From NCBI GenBank assembly GCA_965219995.1, contig CBDCOX010000002.1, positions 480,001 to 544,000 on the forward strand: a stretch of DNA of 64,000 nt, in the 5' to 3' direction. Shown one piece after another: positions 47,963-58,820 of this stretch. Position 1 is the stretch's first letter. Each line of letters opens with the position of its first letter. A program made the translations under genes and the position numbers. The notes under the pieces are model-generated. The model searched no databases. It was not told the DNA's origin and saw only the letters and a list, made by a program, of their open reading frames with translations. Source of the DNA: Candidatus Latescibacterota bacterium. Lineage in GTDB: Bacteria > Latescibacterota > UBA2968 > GCA-2709665.

Positions 47963-48223
47963 ATCGTGCCTTTCTGCAATGAAATTTACGCAGATTGCAC
48001 AGGAAAAAAAAGTACATTAAACGGCAGGATCCCGTTTTTTCGCGGCCGATGCCGGAGTTGAACATCCGCCGCGGGTCGGGCCGCCGCGTGCAGGCGGGCA
48101 GATTCCGACCTCGCCGACGGCCGTGAAACTGCGCATAGTTCTTGCTTTTGCATCGATCGATGTCTAAATTATCTATACATTTGGTCACTGTTTGTCGACG
48201 GATAAACGTTCAAGAGGACGACG

Positions 48224-50239
48224 ATGACGAGATTCCGGGTCCAGGCGCCGTTTGAACCGGCGGGCGACCAGCCGGAGGCCATCGACGAATTGGGCGAGGG
48301 TGTCCGGAGAGGCGACCGTTTTCAGACGCTCATGGGGGCGACCGGCACCGGCAAGACATTTACGATATCGAAGGTCATCGAGGCGGTTCAGATGCCGACC
48401 CTGGTGATCTCGCACAACAAGACGCTGGCAGCTCAGCTATACGGCGAATTCAAGACGTTCTTTCCCGAAAACGCCGTGGAATATTTCATTTCCTATTACG
48501 ACTATTATCAGCCGGAGGCCTATAAGCCGGTCACCGATACGTTTATCGAAAAGGAAGCGGATATCAACGATGAGATCAACCGGCTTCGCCTGCGTGCGAC
48601 AAGCGCGCTGATGGAACGACAGGACGTGATTATCGTTGCCAGCGTATCCTGCATTTACGGCATCGGCAACCCGGAGGAATACGAGGGTATGCACGTCATG
48701 ATCGACCGGGGGGACAGGCTGGACCGGGACGAGCTGCTTCGCCGGCTGGTGGATATTCACTATACGCGCAACGACGTGGACTTCGGCCCGGGTACCTTCA
48801 GGGTGCGGGGGGACGTGGTGGAGATCTATCGGCCCGATCGGGACGATCCGGTGCGCGTGGAGTTCTTCGGAGACGAAGTGGACGCGATCAGTCTGGTACA
48901 GCCGGTGACCGGCGAGGTGCTGGATGCGCGAGAACGGGCGGCGATTTACCCGGCGCGGCACTTCGTGACCAGCGGCGAGCGGATCGAACGGGCGATCGTG
49001 CAGATCGAGGTTGACATGGCCGCGCAGCTGGAAGCATTCAAGAACCAGGGAAAACTGCTGGAAGCCCAGCGGCTGGAGACGCGCACGCGGTACGATATCG
49101 AGATGATGAGAGAGATCGGATACTGCGCCGGAATCGAGAATTACTCGAGATATATCGACGGGCGGGAACCCGGTCAGCCGCCTCACGTGCTGCTTGATTA
49201 TTTTCCGGAGGAATTCCTGATTGTGATTGACGAGTCGCACGTGACGCTGCCGCAGGTCCGGGGGATGTGGAACGCCGATCGATCGCGAAAGACGACGCTG
49301 GTCGAACACGGATTCAGGCTGCCCGCCGCGCTGGACAACCGCCCGCTCTATTTCGATGAATTCGAAGGCAAGATGCAGACGGCGATCTTTATGTCCGCCA
49401 CGCCCGCGGACTACGAACTGGATAAGTCGGAGGGCATCGTCGTCGAGCAGATTATTAGGCCTACCGGCGTTCTGGACCCGGAGATGCTGGTGCGTCCGGT
49501 CCGCGGGCAGGTGGACGATCTGATCGACGAGGTCCGCGAGCGGGTCGGCCGGAAGGAACGGGTGCTCGTAACCGCGCTGACCAAGAGAATGTCGGAGGAC
49601 CTGGCCGAATACATGCGCGACCTGGGGATTCGCGCCCGCTATATGCATTCGGAAATCGACTCACTGGAGCGCGTTGAGATCGTGAGGGGATTGCGGCTGG
49701 GTGAATTCGACGTACTTGTGGGGGTGAACCTGCTGCGGGAGGGACTGGATCTGCCGGAGGTGTCCCTGGTCGCGATTCTGGATGCGGATAAAGAAGGCTT
49801 CCTGCGCTCGACGCGTTCCCTGATCCAGACGGCGGGCCGGGCGGCCAGAAACCTGGCCGGCAAGGTCGTCTTATACGCGGACGAGATCACGGATTCCATG
49901 AGGCGGGCCATCGAGGAGACCAACCGCAGGCGTCAGGTGCAGCAGGCGTACAACGAGCGGCACGGTGTCACGCCGCAGACGGTCTACAAGAGCAGGGACG
50001 AGATTCTGCAGGCCACGGCGGTCGCCGACGCCAGGCAGGAAGAGGTGCCGCTTGCGGCGGAAGAGACGTCCGGGTACGAGGTCGGCGCCAATCTGGTCGA
50101 CGTCATCTCCGATCTCGAAGAAAAGATGGCCAGGGCCGCCGCGGAACTGGCGTTCGAACGGGCGGCCGAATACCGGGACGAGATTTCCAGGCTGAGAGCC
50201 GGCTTGAAAGGGGTCTCGGACGGCGCCGCACAGGCTTGA
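48224..50239 (+). CDS. uvrB: Excinuclease ABC subunit B
   Basis: [37 protein letters not shown] and a C-terminal UVR domain. Confidence 0.98.
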   Translation: MTRFRVQAPFEPAGDQPEAIDELGEGVRRGDRFQTLMGATGTGKTFTISKVIEAVQMPTLVISHNKTLAAQLYGEFKTFFPENAVEYFISYYDYYQPEAYKPVTDTFIEKEADINDEINRLRLRATSALMERQDVIIVASVSCIYGIGNPEEYEGMHVMIDRGDRLDRDELLRRLVDIHYTRNDVDFGPGTFRVRGDVVEIYRPDRDDPVRVEFFGDEVDAISLVQPVTGEVLDARERAAIYPARHFVTSGERIERAIVQIEVDMAAQLEAFKNQGKLLEAQRLETRTRYDIEMMREIGYCAGIENYSRYIDGREPGQPPHVLLDYFPEEFLIVIDESHVTLPQVRGMWNADRSRKTTLVEHGFRLPAALDNRPLYFDEFEGKMQTAIFMSATPADYELDKSEGIVVEQIIRPTGVLDPEMLVRPVRGQVDDLIDEVRERVGRKERVLVTALTKRMSEDLAEYMRDLGIRARYMHSEIDSLERVEIVRGLRLGEFDVLVGVNLLREGLDLPEVSLVAILDADKEGFLRSTRSLIQTAGRAARNLAGKVVLYADEITDSMRRAIEETNRRRQVQQAYNERHGVTPQTVYKSRDEILQATAVADARQEEVPLAAEETSGYEVGANLVDVISDLEEKMARAAAELAFERAAEYRDEISRLRAGLKGVSDGAAQA

Positions 50240-50243
50240 TGAG

Positions 50244-51107
50244 ATGGCGAATCCTACGGAATGGGACGGCATCGACCGTGTCGTGGACGCGGCGATCCGG
50301 GAAGACGTCGGCAGCGGCGACATTTCGACCGCATGGACGGTGCGCGAGGCGGTTCAGGCGCGGGCATTGCTGATTGCGAGGTCGGCGGGCGTGGTCGCGG
50401 GCCTGGCTGTGGCGGAGCGGGTATTTCAGCGGGTCGATTCACGAATCCGGTTCGCGCCGCGGACCGAGGACGGCGCGCGCGTTGAATGCGAGGATATCCT
50501 GGCGGACGTGACGGGCCCCGCCCGGGGCATTCTCACGGGCGAACGGACGGCGCTGAATTTTCTGCAGCGGATGTGCGGAATCGCAACGGCGACGGCAGCC
50601 TACGTGTCCGCCGTCAGCGGGACCGGCGTGCGGATTCTGGATACCCGGAAAACGGCCCCCGGACTTCGGATGCTGGACAAGTATGCTGTGGTCGCGGGGG
50701 GTGGGTCGAACCACAGGCTGGGACTCCACGATATGGTGCTTCTCAAGGAAAACCATATTGAAGCGGCGGACGGCATCGGGCCGGCGGTGGCCGCGGTGAA
50801 GGCGGCGATGGCCCGGTCCGGAAGGACGGTGATGATCGAAGTAGAGGTGAAAACGCTTCGCGAACTGGACGATGCGCTGGTTTCGGGCGTGGACCGGGTG
50901 TTGCTGGACAATATGGATCTGAACACCACGCGCCTCGCCGTGGCGGCTGCGAAGGCCTTCGGACCGGAGAGCCCCCTTCTCGAGTCATCCGGCAACGTCA
51001 CGCTCGAAACCGTTCGGGCCCTGGCTGAGACCGGCGTCGACCTGATCTCGGTGGGCGCGTTGACGCATTCGACGCCTTCAATGGATATGAGTCTGCTGTT
51101 CCAATGA
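50244..51107 (+). CDS. nadC: Nicotinate-nucleotide diphosphorylase (quinolinate phosphoribosyltransferase)
   Basis: ERTALN, DTRKTAPG, NHRLGL, LKENH, LLDNM and GALTHS motifs. Confidence 0.97.
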   Translation: MANPTEWDGIDRVVDAAIREDVGSGDISTAWTVREAVQARALLIARSAGVVAGLAVAERVFQRVDSRIRFAPRTEDGARVECEDILADVTGPARGILTGERTALNFLQRMCGIATATAAYVSAVSGTGVRILDTRKTAPGLRMLDKYAVVAGGGSNHRLGLHDMVLLKENHIEAADGIGPAVAAVKAAMARSGRTVMIEVEVKTLRELDDALVSGVDRVLLDNMDLNTTRLAVAAAKAFGPESPLLESSGNVTLETVRALAETGVDLISVGALTHSTPSMDMSLLFQ

Positions 51108-52138
51108 GCGGAAAACGTCCTGATTCTTCCACGGGACCATCCCCGTGGAAGGGGGGTGTCACGACGCCGGTTTCGTATCGCGTACTCGAAGCGCTTGGCG
51201 GACAGCGGTCCCGGCGCGCACCGGTCGAGAGTCTGGCCGAAAGGCTGTCTTGCAGGCCTGACGATATCCGCGTAGCGATAGGCGCGATCCGGCGCCTCGG
51301 GTATTCGGTTTCGGATCGACCGGGCGCAGGGTTGCGCCTGGACACCCGCGCGGACGTCATCGTCCGGTCCGACCTTCTCCGACGGCTGAGGACCCGTGCG
51401 CTGGGTCGTTCTACGGTATGCTTCCTGGAGTTGGAATCCACGAATGCGCTCGCCATGGGGGCGGCGCTCGCCGGCGCACGGCACGGGACGGCGGTTGTTG
51501 CGGAACATCAGACCGCCGGGCGCGGGCGACTCGGCAGAGCGTGGTTTTCGCCGCCCGGGGTGGGACTCTGGTTCTCACTCATACTCCGGTACGAACTGGA
51601 AATTTCACGCGCCTGGATGCTTACGCTCGGCGCCGCCGCCGCCGTCGCCGACGCCGTCGAGGCTTCCACCGGCGCATGCCCCGAGGTCCGCTGGCCGAAC
51701 GACCTTTACCTGAACGGCCGCAAGCTGGCGGGCATCCTTACGGAGGCGAGGGTCGGCGATGGAGGACTGCGCTTCGCCGTTCTCGGGGTGGGCATCAATG
51801 TCAACCACGAAGCGGCGGATTTTCCCGCCGGTCTGCAGGACACCGCGACGTCACTTCGGTGCGGCACGGGCCGGGAACACGGTCGGACGAGACTCCTGGC
51901 GGAAATCTTCCTCGCGCTGGAGCAGACATTTAGCGGCCTCGACGCGGAGAGGATCAGGGCCTCGTGGAAATGCAGAGCCCGGATGCTGGGCGGGCCGGTT
52001 CGCGTGAAGACGGCCGCGGGGCCGGTCAGGGGCGTGGCGGAGGACGTGGACACCGACGGCGCCCTCCTGGTACGGGACGTCGATGGCCGGACCACGAGGG
52101 TTACGATGGGCGACGTGGGTGGCGAAGCAACGCGTTAG
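51104..52138 (+). CDS. birA: Bifunctional biotin ligase/repressor
   Basis: N-terminal HTH; STN, QTAGRGRLGR.W, WPND and KLAGIL motifs. Confidence 0.93.
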   Translation: MSGKRPDSSTGPSPWKGGVTTPVSYRVLEALGGQRSRRAPVESLAERLSCRPDDIRVAIGAIRRLGYSVSDRPGAGLRLDTRADVIVRSDLLRRLRTRALGRSTVCFLELESTNALAMGAALAGARHGTAVVAEHQTAGRGRLGRAWFSPPGVGLWFSLILRYELEISRAWMLTLGAAAAVADAVEASTGACPEVRWPNDLYLNGRKLAGILTEARVGDGGLRFAVLGVGINVNHEAADFPAGLQDTATSLRCGTGREHGRTRLLAEIFLALEQTFSGLDAERIRASWKCRARMLGGPVRVKTAAGPVRGVAEDVDTDGALLVRDVDGRTTRVTMGDVGGEATR

Positions 52139-52211
52139 CCAGGCACCGCAGGTGAATTTCCGCCTGTAAGCGCATGGTTTCCCGGCCGGATGCCCAAAAC
52201 CGGGGTGTCGA

Positions 52212-52982
52212 GTGTTTCTCGCGATAGACATCGGGAATTCCAGCATCGGCTGCGCCGTTTTCGACGGCAGCGGCATACGGACTCGCTGGTCCATGAATAC
52301 GGAACCCGGGCTGTGCAGCGCGGACTACGCGTTACGGCTCGACGCCGAATTCGAACGGGCGGATATCGAAATCCGTGCGCTGGACGGGGCTATCGCGTCG
52401 TCGGTGGTCAGGGGTATGACCGACGCGATGGGCACGGCCGTCCGGTCGTTGACGGGGTTTGATCTGATCGAGGCCGACTCCGGAACCGATTTCGGCATCG
52501 ATATCGCGGTGCCCCGGCCCGAGGCCGTGGGCGTCGACCGGCTCCTGGCGGCCGGGGCGGCGTTCCGGCTGGTCGGCAATTCCGTCATTGTTGTTGACGC
52601 CGGGACAGCCCTTACAGTCGACCTGGTTTCCACGGCAGGGTGTTTTGTGGGCGGTTCAATCTCGCCGGGTCTGAAGGCGATGTCGAGAGCGCTCTCGTCG
52701 GGGACCAGTCTGCTGCCGGAGGTTACGCTTGAAGCACCGCCATCGGCGTTGGGTCGGGATACACGGGAATGCATACGGGCGGGGGTGGTATTCGGGGCGG
52801 CCGGAGCCGTGGACCGGCTGGTCGAAGAGCTGGTTGCCGGTGCGGACGCGGCGCCGCGCGTCCTCCTCACGGGCGGAGACGCGCCGTTCCTTTCTCCATT
52901 TCTGAAATCGCCGCACGTTCCCGAGCCGGACCTCGTGCTGCACGGGTTGGCATACGCGTTCAGGAAACGGAATCAGTTGTGA
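52212..52982 (+). CDS. coaX: Type III pantothenate kinase
   Basis: IDIGNS, GVDRL, VDAGTA, GGSISPG and LTGGD motifs; follows birA. Confidence 0.95.
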   Translation: MFLAIDIGNSSIGCAVFDGSGIRTRWSMNTEPGLCSADYALRLDAEFERADIEIRALDGAIASSVVRGMTDAMGTAVRSLTGFDLIEADSGTDFGIDIAVPRPEAVGVDRLLAAGAAFRLVGNSVIVVDAGTALTVDLVSTAGCFVGGSISPGLKAMSRALSSGTSLLPEVTLEAPPSALGRDTRECIRAGVVFGAAGAVDRLVEELVAGADAAPRVLLTGGDAPFLSPFLKSPHVPEPDLVLHGLAYAFRKRNQL

Positions 52983-53071
52983 AAGGAATGAAGAAATCCC
53001 GCGAACGGCGACGCCGGCAGCGGGATTCTTGCGTACCCATGCATCGGCACGGACCGTTTTCACCGTCCCGT

Positions 53072-53911
53072 CTATGAATTCACGGTCCCGTTGGATTCCG
53101 GGCCGGCCGATTCGACCAGGGATTTCAGGGTTCTCAGGTTGCGTTCCGCGGTCGATACCGCGTCTTCCAACGGCGGCGTCTCAAAGACGAGCGGGCCGCT
53201 GTATTCCACCTCGGCCAGCGCCTTCAGGCACGCCTTCAGGTCGATTTCGCCTTCCCCGACGTAACAGGGCGTCCGGTCCTTTCGCGGGTCTTTGATGTGG
53301 ACCTGTACGATCCGGTCGCCCAGGCAGTGGATATCGGCGACCGAGTCGCTGCCGAGCATCTGCGCGTTGCCGACGTCGAAGTAAGCCCCTACGTACGGAT
53401 TGTCCACCGCTTCGATCAGTTCCCGCATCTGTTCACCGGTAACGACGTGACTGCGCCCCACGTTTTCCAGGCCGATGGAAATACCCATGTCGGCCGCCTG
53501 CGCGGCAACGGCGCGGCTTTCGTACGCCCAACGATGGGCGGCCTCGTCGGCAGGCAACGCCAGCGGGTTGGTGACGGGGATGAGAATGGTGCCGATGCCC
53601 AGTGCCTTGCAGGCATGTATGGCGTGAAACGCAATCTGTTTGGCCATAAAGCGGTTCGCGACGTCCGGGTCTGCGAAGGAATATTGCCAGAACGTGTGCA
53701 GGCAGAGTGAGAAGATGGGTATGCCCGCGGATTCGGCGCGCTGCCCCAGGGCTTCGATCCCTCCCTCGATCCAGAGGTCTGAGGCGCGATAGGTGTTGCC
53801 CCGGATGCCCAGTTCGACGCCGTCGTAGCCGAGCGCTTTCGCTTTCGGGAACACATCCACCCAGTCCGAACGAAGAACGTCTTCCAGAATACCGAATTTG
53901 AACCGGTTCAT
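53072..53911 (-). CDS. Sugar phosphate isomerase/epimerase (UlaE-like)
   Basis: GYDGVEL, GLENV, FDVGN, VHIKD and VFET motifs; start MNRFKF (53911). Confidence 0.88.
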   Translation of the reverse strand: MNRFKFGILEDVLRSDWVDVFPKAKALGYDGVELGIRGNTYRASDLWIEGGIEALGQRAESAGIPIFSLCLHTFWQYSFADPDVANRFMAKQIAFHAIHACKALGIGTILIPVTNPLALPADEAAHRWAYESRAVAAQAADMGISIGLENVGRSHVVTGEQMRELIEAVDNPYVGAYFDVGNAQMLGSDSVADIHCLGDRIVQVHIKDPRKDRTPCYVGEGEIDLKACLKALAEVEYSGPLVFETPPLEDAVSTAERNLRTLKSLVESAGPESNGTVNS

Positions 53912-54083
53912 TGCTTTCCTTTCCTGAATCGATAGTACCGTTCCGTATGAAATCCGGATTGTCGCATACTGCCGGGAGCGGGGCCGATCTGTGCGCGGGG
54001 TATGGATTCCCGGTGTCCGAATTTCCAATACGCGTATAGGCAATCGGACCGGTATCGAAGCCGGGTTTGCCCGGTATTCCGCT

Positions 54084-54222
54084 AAAGTACAAAAGGTCCG
54101 AGGTCCTGTCAACAGGATCGTGAATTCACATGAACGTGGTTTCCCGTCGCGTCGCCCGGTCGGGCGAACGGCATCGGTACACCGTCATTCGGTTTGACAT
54201 CGGGTGGTGGCCGGGGTATTTT
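54084..54222. promoter_or_regulatory. Divergent sigma70-type promoters between two epimerase genes
   Basis: Minus strand: TTGACA (54112-54107)-17-TACTTT. Plus strand: TTGACA (54194-54199)-17-TATTTT. Palindrome GTGAATTCAC (54120-54129) lies between them. Confidence 0.65.
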
Positions 54223-54234
54223 AAAACAGCTTCT
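54212..54234. repeat. Solo copy of the MITE terminal inverted repeat
   Basis: CGGGGTATTTTAAAACAGCTTCT matches the reverse complement of 41834-41856 at 21/23 positions. Confidence 0.6.
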
Positions 54235-54261
54235 CGGTTCGATTTCGGAGGAGGCCCGACA

Positions 54262-55038
54262 ATGAAGACTGCACTGTGTACCATTGCCTTTAAAGACCGG
54301 CCGTTCGAGGACGTTCTGGACCTCGCGGTCCGGGCCGGTTTCGACGGCGTCGAACCGTGGGGAAAGCCGGATCACATGCCCGGCAGCTATCGCGCGTCGG
54401 CCAACCTGCGTATCGCCGCGGCGATTCGGGCGAGAGGGCTGGAGGTATCGCAGTACGGGTCCTACATCAATCCGGTCGCCGGCGATTTTGCGCGTGAGGT
54501 GTCGGAAGGGTTGGACACCGCATCGGATCTGGGGACGGAGACGATCCGCGTGTGGCCCGGGTCCTGCGGCTCGGCGGAAGCGACGGATGAGGACTGGCGG
54601 ACCGCGATCAGGGGATTCCGCCATTTTGCGGACCGGGCGGCGGACCGGGGGATGCGTCTGGCCGTGGAGATGCATCTGGGGTACCTGTCCGATACCGCAT
54701 GGGGCAGCCTGCGCCTGGTCGAAGGCGTGGACCGGCCCAATTTTCTGCTGAATTTCCAGCCGATGGTTACGGACGGCGCCGACCGGGTGATCTCGGTGGC
54801 ACGGCAGGTCGCGTCTCGCGTGGCCACGGTCCACGCGCAGAACTATACCGCTCCCGGGCGGAACGAACGCAGCCTGATTTCGGCAGGTTACGTGGACTAT
54901 CCCGCGGTCGTCGGGGAACTCTCGGCGGCGGGTTTCAACGGATTTCTGGAGGTCGAGTTCGTCAGGGATGACGACCCCGAGGCCGCGCTGATGTCGGATG
55001 CCGCGTTTCTGCGCGGGTTGTGTGAGAGTACGGATTGA
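54262..55038 (+). CDS. Sugar phosphate isomerase/epimerase
   Basis: GGAGGAGG RBS; GFDGVEPWG, IRVWPG, AVEMH, VHAQN and LEVEF motifs. Confidence 0.85.
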   Translation: MKTALCTIAFKDRPFEDVLDLAVRAGFDGVEPWGKPDHMPGSYRASANLRIAAAIRARGLEVSQYGSYINPVAGDFAREVSEGLDTASDLGTETIRVWPGSCGSAEATDEDWRTAIRGFRHFADRAADRGMRLAVEMHLGYLSDTAWGSLRLVEGVDRPNFLLNFQPMVTDGADRVISVARQVASRVATVHAQNYTAPGRNERSLISAGYVDYPAVVGELSAAGFNGFLEVEFVRDDDPEAALMSDAAFLRGLCESTD

Positions 55039-55068
55039 CCATGAACCAGTGAGACAGGAGGTCGGGCA

Positions 55069-55824
55069 ATGGAATTCCTGCTTGCGTGTCTTCTTTTCGT
55101 TGCGGTGTTGACCGCGGTGAGACCGGCGTACGCCGACGGTCGGCCGAACTATACCATCTACCGGGCCGGGACCCCGATTGCGGTCGACGGTCGGCTGGAC
55201 GAGCCGGCGTGGGTGGCTGCGCCGGACGTGGGCGCATTCGTGTTCCCGTGGTACAGCGACGGCAGGCAGGAACAGACGGTGGCAAAGATGCTCTGGGACG
55301 AGACTCATCTCTACGTTGCATATATCTGCGAAGACGCCCACATCTGGGCGGACCACACCGAGCGCAACAGCGACGTGTACGACGACGACTGCGTGGAGGT
55401 GTTTACGGCGCCGGATCCGGACCTGCCGCACGTCTATTTCAATATCGAGATGAATGTGCTGAGCATCTTTCTGGACCGGTTCAATCCCAGGGGTGCGGGC
55501 GAAGTCGTCGATACGGGATGGCGGGTGCAGGGACTTCAGGTTTCGACGTTTATCTCGGGCACGTTGAACGACGACACGGATACCGATTCGTACTGGGTCC
55601 TCGAGGCGGCCATTCCGTTCCAGAATTTCGCCGGCGTCGCGAAGAACACGCCCCCCGCGCCGGGCGACGTCTGGCACCTGAACCTGAACCGGCTGGGCGG
55701 CAGAACCAACGCGCAGTTCAGCCAGTGGTCCGCCAGCCGGACGCCCGAGCCGCAGTTTCACGCGCCGGATGATTTCGGCCGGGTCACGTTTTCCGATGCG
55801 GCGAGTCCGTTCTGGAAGCGATAG
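55069..55824 (+). CDS. Secreted carbohydrate-binding family 9-like (DOMON-like) protein
   Basis: Signal peptide (..PAYA-D); VDGRLDEPAW, LWDETHLYV, DDCVEVF, W.LEAAIPF and FHAP motifs. Confidence 0.85.
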   Translation: MEFLLACLLFVAVLTAVRPAYADGRPNYTIYRAGTPIAVDGRLDEPAWVAAPDVGAFVFPWYSDGRQEQTVAKMLWDETHLYVAYICEDAHIWADHTERNSDVYDDDCVEVFTAPDPDLPHVYFNIEMNVLSIFLDRFNPRGAGEVVDTGWRVQGLQVSTFISGTLNDDTDTDSYWVLEAAIPFQNFAGVAKNTPPAPGDVWHLNLNRLGGRTNAQFSQWSASRTPEPQFHAPDDFGRVTFSDAASPFWKR

Positions 55825-55891
55825 CGAAATGAATGGGGCGGTCAGGCTGCCGGCAGGAAACCGAATCCGGAGTTAAAGAGGAGAACGCTCG

Positions 55892-56935
55892 ATGGCTGAC
55901 GGGAGCGATGCGGTCCGATTTCATCGGGACGCACTGGTGATCGACTCACACAACGACGCGATTGTCAATCACATTCGCCGGGGGAATCTGGGATTTTCGG
56001 GCAATCCGCCAACGGACGGGGACCGCCGGAACGGAACCGTCGCCTATTTCAGAGGCCGTCTGGATCGGGAGGCCATGGAAGCACCGGTTCAGATCGATTT
56101 CGTCAAGATGCGCGAGGGGGGGCTGGACGCTGCCTTTTTCGCGGTCGACGTCACCCTGGCCGTCAAGAACCATCTGACCTACGCGCTCGACGCCGTTGGG
56201 TTCTTCGACTCTGAACTGGAAGCACACGGAGGCGACGTGGTCCTGGCGAAATCCGCCGGAGACATTGTGCGCGCAAAACAGGAAGGCAAACTGGCGGTCG
56301 TGCTGGCGATCGAGAACAGCGACGGGGTGGAGGGAAGCGTGAACGTGCTGCGGATGCTGCACCGGATCGGCGTCCGTTCGATCGGCCTGACGCACGACGT
56401 CAGCAGTCTGGCCGCGGACGGAAATGCCGAGGCGCGCAGCCGGGGCGGACTCACGCGTTTCGGCGTGCGGCTAGTCGAGGAGATGAACAACCTGGGGATG
56501 CTGGTGGACGTCTCCCACGTCAGCGAAACAGGATTCTGGGACGTGATGGAGGTATCGCAAAAACCGGTGATCGCTTCGCACAGCAACTGCAAGGCGCTGT
56601 GCGACCATCCAAGAAACCTGAGCAACGAACAGATCAGGGCGCTGGCGAAGAATGGCGGGTCCATCGGCGTAACGTTCGTGCCCCGTTTTGTCGATAAGTC
56701 GACGCCTACGTTCGCCCGTCTTCTCGACCACGTCGATCACATCGTGCAGGTTGTAGGCGCGGACCACGCGGGCATCGGATCGGACTTCGACGGCGGGGGA
56801 ACGCTGCTTGACGACGCGACCTCGTTTCCGAGGATTTCCGACGGATTGCTGGCCAGGGGTTATACAGAAGGCGATGTCCGCAAGGTTCTCGGCGAGAACC
56901 ACCTCAGGGTCTTTTCGGAGGTGACCGGGAATTGA
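55892..56935 (+). CDS. Membrane dipeptidase (peptidase M19)
   Basis: IDSHND, VDVSH, IASHSN, HPRN and GIGSDFDG motifs. Confidence 0.93.
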   Translation: MADGSDAVRFHRDALVIDSHNDAIVNHIRRGNLGFSGNPPTDGDRRNGTVAYFRGRLDREAMEAPVQIDFVKMREGGLDAAFFAVDVTLAVKNHLTYALDAVGFFDSELEAHGGDVVLAKSAGDIVRAKQEGKLAVVLAIENSDGVEGSVNVLRMLHRIGVRSIGLTHDVSSLAADGNAEARSRGGLTRFGVRLVEEMNNLGMLVDVSHVSETGFWDVMEVSQKPVIASHSNCKALCDHPRNLSNEQIRALAKNGGSIGVTFVPRFVDKSTPTFARLLDHVDHIVQVVGADHAGIGSDFDGGGTLLDDATSFPRISDGLLARGYTEGDVRKVLGENHLRVFSEVTGN

Positions 56936-57056
56936 AACCGGACCGCGAATTTCAATTGGCCGGTTCGCGCGGCTATCCCGTGCGGAGACGAGTCACTCAT
57001 GACTAGCTTTCCTATATGGACGAGATGGTGTCAACGTTTCGGAAAATACAGCTCTT

Positions 57057-57560
57057 TTATTTGGTCAACGACGAAAACGGAATAATGGATACCTCGGAAA
57101 CGGTTTTTCGCGATGGGTTGTAAACGCACCCGTAAGCCATTTTCTGCCACGCGCCGTATTGATTCTGCACTTCCAAAGCTGTGCCGCCAATTTCAATATT
57201 TCCGGCGCGGCGATTGACAAGCGGAAATTTCGATTCAGTCCAGCCAACTGTCCATTTGAATCTGTAAGTCAACTTTTTTTCGATTGCGGTCTGACAATAC
57301 GCGGCTGCAGTGGCATTGATTTCGCTTCGCGAGGGCGGAGAATTCGAATCCTGGTATATCCATATTCCAATTGTGACAACAATGCCCGCAAATGCGGCCA
57401 GGAATATTAATGCTTTTATCCCTTCCCGTCGTTCTTTTTCCCGCTCCCTTTCCGCTTGCTCCCGGACACGCCTTTCCACTCCGTCCGCCCACCGGTCTAA
57501 TCTCTCTTGCCGACGCCGCTTCCGGTCGTCATCTTCGCTTGTATTATGCGATTTAGCCAT
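57057..57560 (-). CDS. Hypothetical single-pass membrane protein, lower GC
   Basis: Charged N-terminus, one TM helix (ALIFLAAFAGIVVTIGIWIY) and a C-terminal domain with two Cys; visibly AT-richer codons. Confidence 0.7.
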   Translation of the reverse strand: MAKSHNTSEDDDRKRRRQERLDRWADGVERRVREQAEREREKERREGIKALIFLAAFAGIVVTIGIWIYQDSNSPPSRSEINATAAAYCQTAIEKKLTYRFKWTVGWTESKFPLVNRRAGNIEIGGTALEVQNQYGAWQKMAYGCVYNPSRKTVSEVSIIPFSSLTK

Positions 57561-57856
57561 TCGATTCTTCCCTAGATAGCCCCATAGCGGCCTTGTCGCT
57601 CAAGATGCGACTTGCGTTTGTGACATTGCCGACGACGCGCTTGCAGATTCACGAGTTCATGGGATCCCGCGAGGTGCTCGGGCCGGACTGGTCGATCTCA
57701 AGCCGCGTTGTCCGGTGGCAACAGGTGCGGCATTACCAGCCGTCGCGTCACAGGATTTGGTACCGAAGTGCACTCCATACGTGGGATTGGATCCGATTTT
57801 CACGGAATAATGCCATTTTTCAGCACTGTGAGCGGCGTCATTTCTTCGATTGGGGA

Positions 57857-58726
57857 CTATTCGATGGACGGCACCGCGATTTTCTCTTTCTCCCCGATGG
57901 ATCTCTCAAGCGCTTCCAGGACGGCAACCGGCATGAGCATCGACTCGCGCGTTTCGTCGGTAACCCCGGTCTTGAACATGTCGCAGAAGGCCTCTGCGCC
58001 GCCGAGGTATGGGTTTTCGTCGTACCCGATCGCACGGTCGACCCGCCCCTTTTCGCAGATGACCGACACATGGAAGGCGCTGTGTCCTTCGGTGAAGAGA
58101 TTGAGCGTGGAGACGGCGCCGCTGGACGAATACAAAGTGCCGGTATGGTTCTTGTCGCCCAGGTTGACCTGCACATGGGTGACGTCGTTGTCGAGCAGGC
58201 GCACGGCCATATCCACCTGGTGGATGCCGTAGAAGAAGACACCGCCCCACTCGGATTCGATGTCGCACGGGCCGGTCGTGATCACGGAGACAACCCGACC
58301 CAGCCCGGCGATTTCCTGCTTGAGCTGACTGAAGGACGCCTGTCTGGGCAGCACCGAAAAGGAGCAGACGGGGACCCCGAGCTCCGCCGCACGATCGAGG
58401 AATCGCCTGCCCTCCGAGACGCGGTAGCAGAACGGTTTGTCGACAAAGACGGGAATTCCGGCCTCGATGAGCGGCCAGACCGCGGGCAGGTGGTATTTCG
58501 CGTCGCGGTGGTCCACGCACGCGGCGTCCACGTGACCGATCATATCTTCGGGGTTCTCGACGACATTCGGAATCTGTCCCCGATCCTGGGCGTCTTTGGC
58601 GTACCGGGCGGCTTCACCCCAGACGTGGGTGACGCGGCAGCCCGGTACTTTTTTGTCGATGTTCAGCGTTTTCGAGATGGCGACGGTGTGGCTGTTCTCC
58701 GCGCCGACGATTCCGATGTTAAGCAT
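57857..58726 (-). CDS. Gfo/Idh/MocA family oxidoreductase
   Basis: MLNIGIVG, PVFVDKPF and FYGIH motifs. Confidence 0.85.
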   Translation of the reverse strand: MLNIGIVGAENSHTVAISKTLNIDKKVPGCRVTHVWGEAARYAKDAQDRGQIPNVVENPEDMIGHVDAACVDHRDAKYHLPAVWPLIEAGIPVFVDKPFCYRVSEGRRFLDRAAELGVPVCSFSVLPRQASFSQLKQEIAGLGRVVSVITTGPCDIESEWGGVFFYGIHQVDMAVRLLDNDVTHVQVNLGDKNHTGTLYSSSGAVSTLNLFTEGHSAFHVSVICEKGRVDRAIGYDENPYLGGAEAFCDMFKTGVTDETRESMLMPVAVLEALERSIGEKEKIAVPSIE

Positions 58727-58820
58727 TCGGTTCCTCCCTGGTTGGGTTTCCCTCGTGGATTTGGCTTGATGCAGTGCTACGAATATAAACCTGGCATGGA
58801 TGGACAGAACCGCATGTCGC

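Noticed and set aside
48120-48200. LexA/SOS box upstream of uvrB (AACTGCGCATAGTT)
   Set aside because: Imperfect dyad matching no LexA consensus I can support, and not repeated upstream of ssb or xth.
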